From: Verrucomicrobiia bacterium | Lineage (GTDB): Bacteria > Verrucomicrobiota > Verrucomicrobiia > Palsa-1439 | Length of the DNA stretch: 64,000 nt | Assembly: GCA_052146795.1 (NCBI GenBank) | Contig: JBKQMH010000188.1 | Coordinates: 2,996 to 66,995, forward strand | Reading direction: 5' to 3' | Part shown: positions 30,140 to 39,214 of the stretch, piece after piece | Position numbering within the stretch: the first letter of the stretch is position 1 | How the letters are laid out: each line of letters starts with the position of its first letter | Program-made: the position numbers and the translations under genes | Notes under the pieces: generated by a model | Seen by the model: only the letters and a program-made list of their open reading frames with translations | Told to the model about the DNA's origin: nothing | The model's database searches: none

Positions 30140-30541
30140 ATGGCGAACGAGCTCAGACCGTTGTTGATCGGACCGATCTCGCCGGCGGCGGACGGCGCGC
30201 TGTATCAGCAGATTGTCGACCGGCTCAAACGGGAGGTCAGCGAAGGTCGCCTCAAACCCGGTACGCCGTTGCCATCCTTCCGCCAACTCGCCGAGGACGT
30301 CCTCGTAAGCGTCATCACAGTCAAGCGCGCGTACGAAGAACTGGAGCGCGAGGGTATCATCTACCGGCGGCAGGGACTGGGCACATTCGTTTCCGAACAC
30401 GGCCACAACCGCAGCCGTGAAGCCAAGTTGAAAGCCGCGGAGGATTTGCTACGCGCCGGGTTCCGTGAAGCGACGGAAGCCGGACTCAAGCCACAGGAGA
30501 TTCTCGAACTCGCCCGCGAAATCGCGAAAGGGAAAAAATAG
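30140..30541 (+). CDS. GntR family regulator, YtrA subfamily
   Basis: LYQQI..LPSFRQLA..TVKRAYEELEREG...GLGTFV; short C-terminus; precedes ABC genes. Confidence 0.92.
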   Translation: MANELRPLLIGPISPAADGALYQQIVDRLKREVSEGRLKPGTPLPSFRQLAEDVLVSVITVKRAYEELEREGIIYRRQGLGTFVSEHGHNRSREAKLKAAEDLLRAGFREATEAGLKPQEILELAREIAKGKK

Positions 30542-30542
30542 C

Positions 30543-31427
30543 ATGAATGCCAATGCCATCGAAATTCGTGGACTGACAAAACATTTTCCGACGTTCGCGC
30601 TGGGGCCGCTCGACTTGACCGTGCCACGGGGCGCGATATACGGCTTCATTGGTCCGAACGGCGCCGGCAAGACGACGACGATTGACCTGATCTTCGGCAT
30701 GGGACGCAACGACGGTGGTGAAATTCGGGTGCTCGGTTATGACCACCGCACGAGCGAAGTGGAGGTCAAACGGCGTGCGGCTTATGTCGGCCCGGATTTA
30801 AATTTCCAGGTTTGGCGTACGGTCGGACGCACCGTTCGATTCGTGCGCGGTTTTTATCCCGATTGGGACAACGACTATTGCGAGCGGCTGATGAAAGCCT
30901 TCCATTTGAGCGACACGGACAAGATCACCACGTTGTCATTCGGCGCCCGAACCAAACTGAGCTTGCTGCTGGCGCTGGCACGTCGGCCACAAGTCCTTAT
31001 CCTCGATGAACCGACGACCGGATTGGATGCCATATCCAAACAGGAAGTGTTCGGCGAATTGCTCAAGGCGGTGGAAGACGGCGAGCGTACCGTGCTGATT
31101 TCGTCACACGGCCTGAGCGACATTGAACGCTTCGCGGACCACGTCGGCATCATCAAGAATGGAAAACTATTGCTCGAAGGACGGATGGACGAGGTTGTGG
31201 ACCGGTTTCGCATGGCGGAATTCTTCACCGACAATGGCGTGGAACTACCCAGCCATGAGGGCCTGATCATTGTGCGACGCGAACAGAACCGCTGGCACGC
31301 GCTGCTCGACCAGAAACACGGCGTGCAGGACTGGCTGCAGGGGCATGGCGCGAAGCAAATCTCCCTGACGCGCGTAACGCTGGAGGATATGTTCGTCGCG
31401 CTGGTCAAGGACGGGGAGGCCACATGA
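30543..31427 (+). CDS. ABC transporter ATP-binding protein (YtrB-like)
   Basis: GPNGAGKTT, LSFG signature, ILDEPT, ISSH. Confidence 0.93.
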   Translation: MNANAIEIRGLTKHFPTFALGPLDLTVPRGAIYGFIGPNGAGKTTTIDLIFGMGRNDGGEIRVLGYDHRTSEVEVKRRAAYVGPDLNFQVWRTVGRTVRFVRGFYPDWDNDYCERLMKAFHLSDTDKITTLSFGARTKLSLLLALARRPQVLILDEPTTGLDAISKQEVFGELLKAVEDGERTVLISSHGLSDIERFADHVGIIKNGKLLLEGRMDEVVDRFRMAEFFTDNGVELPSHEGLIIVRREQNRWHALLDQKHGVQDWLQGHGAKQISLTRVTLEDMFVALVKDGEAT

Positions 31428-32710
31428 ACCGAATCGTCCTCGATCATTTGTGGCGGAAGTCGTGGATCATCGCGCCTCTTCTGCTGATGGAGATTTTCTT
31501 CGTGCACCTGCTTGGGGTCAAGCTGCGACAACAGGACTTCATGTTCGTTCTGGTGCCGGTGTATCTTGGTCCGGTGCTGTTGGACTATGACCTGCGCCGG
31601 GGCCTCACCCGCGCGCTCCGGATGCTGCCGGTGACAGCCCGGCAGATTGGCCGCGCCTGGTGGGTGGCGACGGTCGGCGTGCCCGCGTTATTGCTCGCGG
31701 CGACGACCGCATTCTCCGCGATTGTGCTGTTTGATGTTCCGCCATGGAGATTGCTGTCCTTGAATTGTCTGATGCAGATTCTCTTGCTGGGCTCCTTTTT
31801 CTGCTCGTCATCGTTTGCGCCGGCTGGCGACCGAATCAGCCGGCATAAAAAAGCCCGGGGGTGGTTTTTTGTCGCGCTCTGGGTTGGTGGGCCTCTTCTA
31901 TTCTTAGAAAACTATTCGTCGTCAAATCCCGTCACAGCAACCATCTGTATTGGCGCGGGTGCAATTTTGACGATCACCGGGTGGGTTCGCGCCGAGCGAG
32001 TGGTTTGGCAAGGCGGCGCGCGCGGGTCGGACGTTCGGGCCGTCCGGTCCAAACCGGTGCGGTACGAAGTTCCCACGGGCTTTGGCGGCCTGCTGTTTTT
32101 GTTGCAAAAGATGCTCGACCCACTCGTCTGGTGCGGATTGGTATTCGTTGGCTGGATGATTCTGACGCGGATCTTCCACGGCCAATCTTCGGAGCCTCCC
32201 TGGCAGGATTCGGGGATCGGGATGATTCTGTTTTGCGTCACCTCCCTTACGCTTGCGTATGTTTTCGCAGTGATCCCCGTCCTGACTCATCTCCGTTTCC
32301 TGCGCGCGTTGCCGATTTCAGCATCGATCCTTGCCGCCACGCTGGTGTTTGTGCCCAGCGGTTTACTGGTTTTTCTCGCTGTTGTCTTCGCCGCGATCGG
32401 TGAAAACAGCTTGGTTCTGGGAAGCGTTCTGGCCGCGGCAGCGGTGGCAGTATTTATCCCGATATTCGTTTGGCGGGGGTTCGGCACGGCGACATTTTCT
32501 CCGGCGTTTATTCTGGTCGTGCAGATTGCCGTCATGGTTCCGATATTCTTCCGATTGGGGAACGCCCCACTGATGTTTGCCGTAGTTTTTGCCATCGTTG
32601 CTATTTTCCTGAGCTGGCAAATCACTCGAAGCGTGATTCGACATAGCAGCCAAGCGTACCATGCGCATCCCTCCGTGATTAGCGACCTGGGCTGGATGGG
32701 CTGGTCGTAG
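31424..32710 (+). CDS. Putative ABC transporter permease (about 12 TM, internally duplicated)
   Basis: Hydrophobic; LRMLPVT and LRALPIS halves; operonic with the ATPase. Confidence 0.75.
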   Translation: MNRIVLDHLWRKSWIIAPLLLMEIFFVHLLGVKLRQQDFMFVLVPVYLGPVLLDYDLRRGLTRALRMLPVTARQIGRAWWVATVGVPALLLAATTAFSAIVLFDVPPWRLLSLNCLMQILLLGSFFCSSSFAPAGDRISRHKKARGWFFVALWVGGPLLFLENYSSSNPVTATICIGAGAILTITGWVRAERVVWQGGARGSDVRAVRSKPVRYEVPTGFGGLLFLLQKMLDPLVWCGLVFVGWMILTRIFHGQSSEPPWQDSGIGMILFCVTSLTLAYVFAVIPVLTHLRFLRALPISASILAATLVFVPSGLLVFLAVVFAAIGENSLVLGSVLAAAAVAVFIPIFVWRGFGTATFSPAFILVVQIAVMVPIFFRLGNAPLMFAVVFAIVAIFLSWQITRSVIRHSSQAYHAHPSVISDLGWMGWS

Positions 32711-32745
32711 CCATTTGCGCGGCAGCATTTGTGGCGAATTTGGGT

Positions 32746-32808
32746 TTGACACGGGTATCGGAAGTACGATATTGTACGCGGAGTTCTAGGTGTTAATGCT
32801 CTTTGACA
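32746..32808 (+). promoter_or_regulatory. sigma70-like promoter followed by a boxA-like antitermination element
   Basis: TTGACA(32746)-18-TATTGT(32770); TGCTCTTTGACA at 32797-32808 versus E. coli boxA TGCTCTTTAACA. Confidence 0.55.
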
Positions 32809-32860
32809 TAAGGGAAAGCGGTCAGCAGTCGGCTCTCGGCGGTCAGCTCACAACCGGGAG

Positions 32861-33197
32861 CGCCGCGTGGGGGCACGCGGCCTACAAACGACAAGACATT
32901 TCGCCTGGGACAGGCGACGCTACAGGTCGACCACACTGCTCAGGGTAAACCCTTCGACTGCGCTCAGGGCGGGCGGGGGGGGGCCGAGAGGGGAAATTGC
33001 GACCGGGGATACGACGTGGTCGCTTCCCCACACGACGGGGGATTACCAAACGAACCCAATTCTGTGCACGCCGGGTTGGTTTTCTGTAATTGGCTTTGGG
33101 AAAACGAAGCCAATTGGCGGATAGGACAGCGACGACGGCGACCGGGCCGGTCGCCCTACAACCGGATAGGCGGCGCGGTGAGCCAGCACGCCCTACC
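32861..33197 (-). repeat. Cluster of GTAG-family REP hairpins
   Basis: Four hairpins ending in CTAC on + (GTAG on -): 32861-32887, 32901-32924, 33136-33160, 33172-33197; also CCCTTCGACTGCGCTCAGGGC at 32950-32970. Confidence 0.8.
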
Positions 33198-33344
33198 CGA
33201 GCCGTACAAATGTTAAATCAGTAAAACAAAGCCAATTTTTCCGGGTGTTAGCGGTTTTGGATTGGCTTGGTGGGTAAGGTGTTAGGACTCCAAGTGTGCC
33301 ATTTTGTCGCTTGGCTTTGTTTTGCTAAAACTGGCTTTGTTTTG
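33044..33344. repeat. AAAC(G/A)AA(G/C)CCAATT motif repeated in direct and inverted orientation
   Basis: CAAACGAACCCAATT (~33047), AAAACGAAGCCAATT (33101), AAAACAAAGCCAATT (33223), inverted TTGGCTTTGTTTTG (33311), CTGGCTTTGTTTTG (33331). Confidence 0.75.
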
Positions 33345-33386
33345 GGGGTCCGGGAGCGAATTGGGGCGAGGAAATGGGGCAGACGG

Positions 33387-34838
33387 TCAGGGGTTTTGGT
33401 CGAGCCAGCGGTGGATGTCGCGGGCGAGGGGCGAGTTGGGCGCCAGTTTCAGGAAGGATTGATAGTGGTCGCGGGCTTCGGGGTAAGTGGCGCGGTCGCG
33501 GGCGTACAGGGTGCCGAGCGACAGGTGCGTGGAAGCGTCGGTCGGATTGGCGGCGAGGATTTTCTTGAATTGCGCGATGGCGTCGTCGGTGAACCCTTGC
33601 GATTGGAGCAGGAGGGCGTAGTTGAATCGGGCGTCCGCGTAGATGGGATCAGCCATGAGGGCGAGTTCGTAGTTGTCTAGGGCGCGCTCGGTCTGACCGA
33701 TGCTGCCATAGGCGATGGCCAGATTGTAGTACGCCTTGGGAAACGACGGATCGGCGGCGATGACTTTTGTGTACTCGGCGATCGCATCGGCGGCCTTGTT
33801 CTGGTGTTGCAAATCGGCGGCGTTCCTGAACAGAACCAGCGCTTTGCTTCGATTGCCCGGCTTCAGCGTCCGAGCGGCGACGGGCGTGCGCACCTTTTTG
33901 GGCGGTGGCGGCGGCGGAGGTGGCGCGGACGTTGTCGCGGAAACCACGGTCGCGGTGACAATCGTTGCCGGAGGCGGCGGGGCTGCCGGCTTTGGCGCGG
34001 CGACTTCCGGAGGCGGCGCGACTGGTTTGGGCGCAGGCGGGGCCGGAGGTGGCGCGGCCGGAGGTGGTTCGGGCGCGCGCGCGGCTTGTTTTCCGGTCGC
34101 GGCCAATTCCTGGCGGACCTGGAGCATGGCGAGGTGGACGTCCTCGCGCGGTTCGGTCTTGGAAACCAGGTCGATATACTTCTCGTAATTTGCGAGCGCT
34201 TCCTTCTTCAGGCCGAGCTGCTGGTTTTCGAGGTTGGCGAGGTTGAGATAGGCCGTGGCGAATCCCGGCTCGGCCGTGATGCACTGCTCGAACCAATGTT
34301 TGGCCGCGACGAAATCATGTTTGCGGGCGGCGACGATGCCGAGGCAGTTGAGCGTCTCGGCGGGATTCGTGTTGCCCGGCAAATGATGCTTGAAAGCTTC
34401 CTCCGCCTGACCCCACGCGGAGACGCGCATGTAGGCCAGGCCGAGTTGGTAGTAGGAATCGGCCGGAGCGGCGCCGTTCTGGACGACCTGTCGAAGGTTG
34501 GCCACGGCGTCCGGCCCTTGTCCCCGCTCGAGTTGCGCGAGGGCGAGATTGTAACGGGCGGGGATGTAACCGGGGTCAAGGCGCACCGCGTCCTGAAGGT
34601 TTCGGAGTCCGGCGTCGGTTTCGCCCTGCTGGAGGCGACACACGCCGAGGAAATTGAGGGCGAGGGCGTTGGTTTGCATGGACGACAGAGCGCGCTCGAA
34701 GTCGGCCGCCGCTTTGTCGTATTTGCCGTCTTTGTATTCGGCGAGGCCCCGGGCAAACTCGTGTTCACCCGTGGCTTTGCGGCCGCAGCCAAAGGCCAGC
34801 GCGGCGAGCAACGCGAACCAGAAAAATACCCTCCTCAT
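33387..34838 (-). CDS. TPR-repeat lipoprotein with Pro-rich linker
   Basis: Lipobox LAFGC, many TPR repeats (YNLA...), PPPAAPPP linker. Confidence 0.88.
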   Translation of the reverse strand: MRRVFFWFALLAALAFGCGRKATGEHEFARGLAEYKDGKYDKAAADFERALSSMQTNALALNFLGVCRLQQGETDAGLRNLQDAVRLDPGYIPARYNLALAQLERGQGPDAVANLRQVVQNGAAPADSYYQLGLAYMRVSAWGQAEEAFKHHLPGNTNPAETLNCLGIVAARKHDFVAAKHWFEQCITAEPGFATAYLNLANLENQQLGLKKEALANYEKYIDLVSKTEPREDVHLAMLQVRQELAATGKQAARAPEPPPAAPPPAPPAPKPVAPPPEVAAPKPAAPPPPATIVTATVVSATTSAPPPPPPPPKKVRTPVAARTLKPGNRSKALVLFRNAADLQHQNKAADAIAEYTKVIAADPSFPKAYYNLAIAYGSIGQTERALDNYELALMADPIYADARFNYALLLQSQGFTDDAIAQFKKILAANPTDASTHLSLGTLYARDRATYPEARDHYQSFLKLAPNSPLARDIHRWLDQNP

Positions 34839-34909
34839 TAAGAAATCCATCCGACACGTGACAAACAATCCCGTGCATCTTATAATCACGGGCAGATTAC
34901 GCAACAAAA

Positions 34910-35449
34910 ATGACGGAATGGGACATCCAATCTCGCGGGGACGCGTGCACCGCCTGTCAACGGCCGTTCGCGGACAAGGAGGCGTACCACACGCTGTTGA
35001 GCATGGACGCGGCCGGCTACGCGCGGCGTGATTTGTGCGCCACGTGCTTTGCGGGCGCGGGGCGGGACGGCGTCATTTCGTACTGGCAGGGAGAATACAA
35101 GGTGCCGCCGCCACCTCCGCCCGAAGCAATTCAGAAGGAGACGGCGGAAACCCTGTTGAGGAAACTGGTCGAGTCCACCGATCCATCCCACGCGTCGGCC
35201 CGGTATATCCTGGCGGTGATGCTGGAGCGAAAGCGGATTTTGAAACACCGCGACACGATGCATGAAGACAGCGGCGTGGAGGTGCTCGTGTACGAGCACG
35301 CGCGCACGGGCGAATCGTTCACCATTCCCGATCCGAAACTGCGGTTGGATCAGCTCGCTCAGGTGCAGGAAGAAGTGTCCGCGTTGCTCCATCCGTCCGC
35401 CGAAAGCGCAAAGGCTGAGCCCGTCAACGGGCCTGACCCGCAACCTTGA
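34910..35449 (+). CDS. Conserved hypothetical protein with two CxxC pairs
   Basis: CTAC...RRDLCATC; YILAVMLERKRILK; TATAAT at 34881. Confidence 0.75.
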   Translation: MTEWDIQSRGDACTACQRPFADKEAYHTLLSMDAAGYARRDLCATCFAGAGRDGVISYWQGEYKVPPPPPPEAIQKETAETLLRKLVESTDPSHASARYILAVMLERKRILKHRDTMHEDSGVEVLVYEHARTGESFTIPDPKLRLDQLAQVQEEVSALLHPSAESAKAEPVNGPDPQP

Positions 35450-35474
35450 CACTCTTTCGCGTGTACGATAGACA
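35446..35474 (+). promoter_or_regulatory. Probable native tRNA-Phe promoter, now upstream of the tRNA 5' fragment
   Basis: TTGACA-17-TAGACA ending about 30 bp before the tRNA fragment. Confidence 0.55.
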
Positions 35475-35502
35475 TAAAGGCCGCTTCGGCCAGAAAAATT
35501 CC

Positions 35503-35544
35503 GGTGGCTAGGTAGCTCAGTTGGTAGAGCACTGCACTGAAAAT
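35503..35544 (+). repeat. Left att junction: 42 bp direct repeat = 5' half of tRNA-Phe
   Basis: GGTGGCTAGGTAGCTCAGTTGGTAGAGCACTGCACTGAAAAT is identical to 43858-43899; the tRNA sequence stops just after the anticodon loop. Confidence 0.95.
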
Positions 35545-35662
35545 TCAACCAAGCCCATTGCCTTGGAAGCCTGAAAAACAGGGTAATGCGCGGCAGGTGA
35601 GCGAATTCCGCTCAGAGTCGAGTTGACTGGTTTCGACTGCCCCCGACCGCTTCCAACTGCCG

Positions 35663-35685
35663 AGTTACTGCAAAAGTTACGACAG
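35663..35685 (+). repeat. Integrase arm-type site candidate (left)
   Basis: AGTTACTGCAAAAGTTACGACAG is 22/23 identical to 43784-43806. Confidence 0.8.
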
Positions 35686-36153
35686 CACTTCGGCATGTTT
35701 CGAGGGGGTAGAGGGGGAGCAGTTTTCGGCCCCCAAGCGTTGCAGCACCCACGCCCTTCCGTGCTTATAAAAAAAAAACAAAAAGGGCAGGTCGATTTTT
35801 ATCAAACATTACAAATGGGCCGACTGCCCGCTACACTAGCGGCAGGGAGTCCGACCACCATTTCCGCCCCGTTTGAGGGCGTATCAGCCCGTTTGGCGCG
35901 GAGTGTGGGCGACTTCTTGCAAAAGGCTTGTTGCAGGGAAATAGCAAGCCGTATCCCACTACTGGCCAACAGCTGGCAAAATGGGCCGCAGAATTTTAGC
36001 AAGACGTAAGTTGTTGGTGTCCAATCTCCCAAAAACCTGCTTGGGGTGGATAAGTCGTTGTGGTGTTCGGGCAGGTCAGTGGTGGGACAGTCTCGCCGAA
36101 AGGCAACCCCATTGCCGCATAAGCGCACAGTTTGGGTGCTGGATGCAGGAGAG

Positions 36154-36621
36154 TCACTTACGCCACACCGCGACAAGTCCCGTTAGCGCGCCTAATATTC
36201 CAATGATCAGAGTTAACCACGCTATTAAAGCCTCCCTCTGTTCTTTTCTCTCGGCGCGTATTAGTGCCTTTATCTTGGAATGGCCTTCGGGTTTAAGAAG
36301 CCACCTCCCCGAATCCGTCCGTCTCCAATTGGCGTCCTCGTCCTCACCAGCAGGAATCTCAGGAATTGGTAGGTGTAGCCGCTGCGCTTTATCCCGCCGC
36401 CATGTCGTTTCAAGCCACTCAAGCTCCTCCTCAATCGGCCCAGATTCATGTTCCATCTCCTCATAAACCTGTTGAAGTGGGTAGGGCTTCATTGTCGTTC
36501 GTGCAGCCGCGATTTTTTCTCTATAGAACTGGTTTATGTAATCTCGTTGGAGTCTAAGACGCCACTTGCGAGGGCACAGTGTCATCACGAAAGCCCGCAG
36601 TTTTCGCGTCGTAACTGTCAC
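36154..36621 (-). CDS. Hypothetical protein with C-terminal TM helix (element cargo)
   Basis: Open frame abutting the upstream stop; C-terminal IAWLTLIIGILGALTGLVAVW. Confidence 0.6.
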   Translation of the reverse strand: MTVTTRKLRAFVMTLCPRKWRLRLQRDYINQFYREKIAAARTTMKPYPLQQVYEEMEHESGPIEEELEWLETTWRRDKAQRLHLPIPEIPAGEDEDANWRRTDSGRWLLKPEGHSKIKALIRAERKEQREALIAWLTLIIGILGALTGLVAVWRK

Positions 36622-37257
36622 TTAGTAACCTGCGCCCCCCGCTGGTGGTCTCAGGGAGAGTTGATCTGTCTGCATCTTGACCTCTAGGTATGCGAGTTCA
36701 TCCGACTTGGCAGGTGACAACACAACCTCGACTGTGTTCCAAGTGGCGGGTTTGAGTTCATCCGTAAAGTTCACCTGTTTGTAGTGCAGCGAGTTCTGCC
36801 AAGCAACGTTCTCCTTAGCTGCATAACTTGCTTCAGGTGGCTTAGCGCGTGCCCATTTCAAGTCCAGCTTGCACCCGTGGTAGGTTGCCGATGATGGATT
36901 TCCGATACTAAGCCGCACCCTGAATCCGTCTAGGTACGGTAGCGCTTCTACAACGGAAATGAAAAAGCTACCAGTATCCGAGTCGATCCGCTGGAAGGCT
37001 TTATCAGTTGTATCAAGGAATACCGTCCTGTGGAGGTCGCCTTCCAAGAAGCCGACACGTGTATTAAGAAAGTCAAGCAACTTCATTGCGATGTCAACTC
37101 GCGCCTTCACGTTATCGACATGGACTTGGTTGCTCAGCGCGGCGACTTGATTACTCAGGGCAGCAATTTGGTTGTCCTGCCGTCGCCCCTTTTCGTCTGA
37201 GCATCCGCAGACCGCGACAGCCCCGAAAACCAAACAGAGAAGTGTCAGCCGTTTCAT
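36622..37257 (-). CDS. DUF3251 (YajI-like) lipoprotein (element cargo)
   Basis: Lipobox VCGC, coiled coil, PYLDGFRVRLSIGNP, LSPAKSDELAYLEV. Confidence 0.7.
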   Translation of the reverse strand: MKRLTLLCLVFGAVAVCGCSDEKGRRQDNQIAALSNQVAALSNQVHVDNVKARVDIAMKLLDFLNTRVGFLEGDLHRTVFLDTTDKAFQRIDSDTGSFFISVVEALPYLDGFRVRLSIGNPSSATYHGCKLDLKWARAKPPEASYAAKENVAWQNSLHYKQVNFTDELKPATWNTVEVVLSPAKSDELAYLEVKMQTDQLSLRPPAGGAGY

Positions 37258-37312
37258 TTTAACTTTCCTCAGAACCCCGATTTGGAAGTTTTCTTCGCGA
37301 CAGGAACATCCT

Positions 37313-37717
37313 CTAACCTGCGCTCTCCCTTGGCGGAAAGAGCCGCCCGTTAAGCATAGAGCTTGCGAACTGGTTGAGGAACTGAACACCAACGAGGGCG
37401 GGGAGAATAGCGAGTGTGAACATCCACAGCCCGCCGTTGTCTGCGAGCCAATTCACGGACTGGCACATAAGCCAATAGCCAACTGGCTTGCAGAGGTGAC
37501 GAATGGCGCGAGGTGAATATCGGAACCAGACCAGAAAGACAATATAGAGCAAGTACAACCCTGACAGCAGACAAAGGGTCACGAACCATTCCCAATGCGT
37601 TCCCTCTCGGAACATCTCCCATACCGAATAACCTGCCCCGCAGAGCAGTACGACCCCAAGCAAACCGTACAAGATGGCGATTACTCTTATCACGTTTCTG
37701 CCGACGGTGCGTTTCAT
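37313..37717 (-). CDS. Small multi-pass membrane protein (element cargo)
   Basis: 3-4 hydrophobic segments; start uncertain (37717 or 37738). Confidence 0.55.
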   Translation of the reverse strand: MKRTVGRNVIRVIAILYGLLGVVLLCGAGYSVWEMFREGTHWEWFVTLCLLSGLYLLYIVFLVWFRYSPRAIRHLCKPVGYWLMCQSVNWLADNGGLWMFTLAILPALVGVQFLNQFASSMLNGRLFPPRESAG

Positions 37718-37759
37718 TTGCCTTTCCGTGTGTTGCATCGCAACGACGCTCGGCCACAG

Positions 37760-38062
37760 TCATTGTCGCGGAGTATCGCGTTCATGTTCTTCTGCTTCGA
37801 CACGCCTTCTTTGCCAGGTGGCAACAAGGGGTACACTTAGAAAAAGCAGGATTAGCCAAACCCAATTCGGCCATTCCTTGAATGGCGGGGTCTTTGTGAG
37901 AAAGCTGGAGCTGAGCACTAGCCCGAAATAATACACCCACGATCTACGGGGTTTTGTCATCTTCGCGCCACGCTGATCTTCGCGCTGCGCTGCCGCGCCA
38001 CGTTGATACGCTGCGGCAATGGCCTTCCACCGTCTACGGGCCTTTTTTTCAGGGGTTGTCAT
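37760..38062 (-). CDS. Hypothetical small membrane protein (element cargo)
   Basis: Two hydrophobic segments; weak support. Confidence 0.4.
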   Translation of the reverse strand: MTTPEKKARRRWKAIAAAYQRGAAAQREDQRGAKMTKPRRSWVYYFGLVLSSSFLTKTPPFKEWPNWVWLILLFLSVPLVATWQRRRVEAEEHERDTPRQ

Positions 38063-38104
38063 GCTGAATCTTCTTTACCAACCTTTCGCTAGCGGGAATC
38101 GTTT

Positions 38105-38986
38105 TCATTGCAGATGCAGGACGACCTCGCTTCCGTTGAAGTTCAATCTCACCGCGTCACGCTCAATGGAAGTAATTCGTGCGCCCTCGATGGCGTCACC
38201 CGCCCGAAGGCTCATGCCATTTATCATCGCTTCGCTGCCGTCACGGGCGTATATGATTCCTTGTAGAACAAACTGCGGGTATTCAGTGGGAGGGCGGGTT
38301 GTTTGCGCCTGCTTCGCTTGGCTTGCTTCGGCTATAGTGGCCGCCGTCGGCGTCTGACGGCTGGTCTGATACGGCAACGCACTGGGTGTGTAATTCAAGT
38401 CGCTATAGGTCGTTTGTCCCGCCACGTCACTGTCAGGGTGTTCGTCGTCGTCGCGCTGCTCATCAGTTGGTGTTACTGCAAACGGCCTTTGGTTGGGCGT
38501 CCCATCATTACCACGATAGTCAGAGGAATTCCAAGTGGGAGTCATGCTGAAACTCGTGCCGAATCTTGTGCGTCCAGCAGAGTACGTCAGATTGTTGAAT
38601 ACCGTGTTGCCAATTCTCTGACTCGTGCCATAACCGAACCCGCCGCGAGAGTCTGAGAAGTTGTGAAAAGTTGTGTTGCCGATTTGACCACTTGTGCCGA
38701 ACAAGTCATTACCAGAGTTATCTGAGAAATTGTGAAAGGCAGTGTTGCCGATCTGTTGGCTGGTGCCAAAGGTGTAATTGCCAGAGCTATCGGAGAGGTT
38801 GTGGAAGGTTGTGCCGCCGATCTGTTGACTGGAACCAAAGTGGTAATTCCCATCGGAGTCGGTAAAGTTATAGAAGGTCGTGTTGCCTATCTCTTGAGAG
38901 GTTCCTGACAAAAACGCGTCTTGTGCCAGAATAGATCGGTGCGTCGTCGCGATCAAAAGGAGGGCTGCAAGGAACGGGAGTCTCAT
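38105..38986 (-). CDS. Secreted protein with five 23-aa repeats and a C-terminal GspB/MshK-like domain
   Basis: Signal peptide; G(T/S)SQxIGNTTFHNFSDSxGNxxF x5; LQGIIY...AMING..LRAGDAIEGARITSIERDAV. Confidence 0.75.
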   Translation of the reverse strand: MRLPFLAALLLIATTHRSILAQDAFLSGTSQEIGNTTFYNFTDSDGNYHFGSSQQIGGTTFHNLSDSSGNYTFGTSQQIGNTAFHNFSDNSGNDLFGTSGQIGNTTFHNFSDSRGGFGYGTSQRIGNTVFNNLTYSAGRTRFGTSFSMTPTWNSSDYRGNDGTPNQRPFAVTPTDEQRDDDEHPDSDVAGQTTYSDLNYTPSALPYQTSRQTPTAATIAEASQAKQAQTTRPPTEYPQFVLQGIIYARDGSEAMINGMSLRAGDAIEGARITSIERDAVRLNFNGSEVVLHLQ

Positions 38987-39214
38987 TGAATATGTCCTTA
39001 TCCTGCTTGGTGAGCAGTAGTTGTGCCAGTAACGATAACCGTCTGGGTGTACCCGCGCCAACCGCGTGTGCGGCAGGAGCGCACCCGTAGCTGATTCTGG
39101 GGCATTGCCACGGCCCGCAACGCGGCGGTAGAATTCACAGCAAACCACGCGAACTTGCGTCGGGGGGTGTCGGCTGACTACGCCCCGCCCCGCCCCGCAA
39201 CGGAGTCGGACGTT

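Noticed and set aside
32867-33680. ORFs 32867-33124, 33016-33216 and 33267-33680
   Set aside because: Translations of REP/palindromic DNA or antisense to the TPR gene; no protein-like features.
35503-35544. Second intact or split/permuted tRNA-Phe gene
   Set aside because: No T-arm or acceptor 3' strand follows; it is the att duplication.
35623-36466. Plus-strand ORFs at the left end of the element
   Set aside because: They span att arm sites and an A-tract and overlap the minus-strand cargo gene; likely non-coding.
36627-37323. Shared TAACCTGCGC 10-mer at the ends of two cargo genes as possible cassette sites
   Set aside because: No attC-like palindrome or matching R' partner; compatible with chance.
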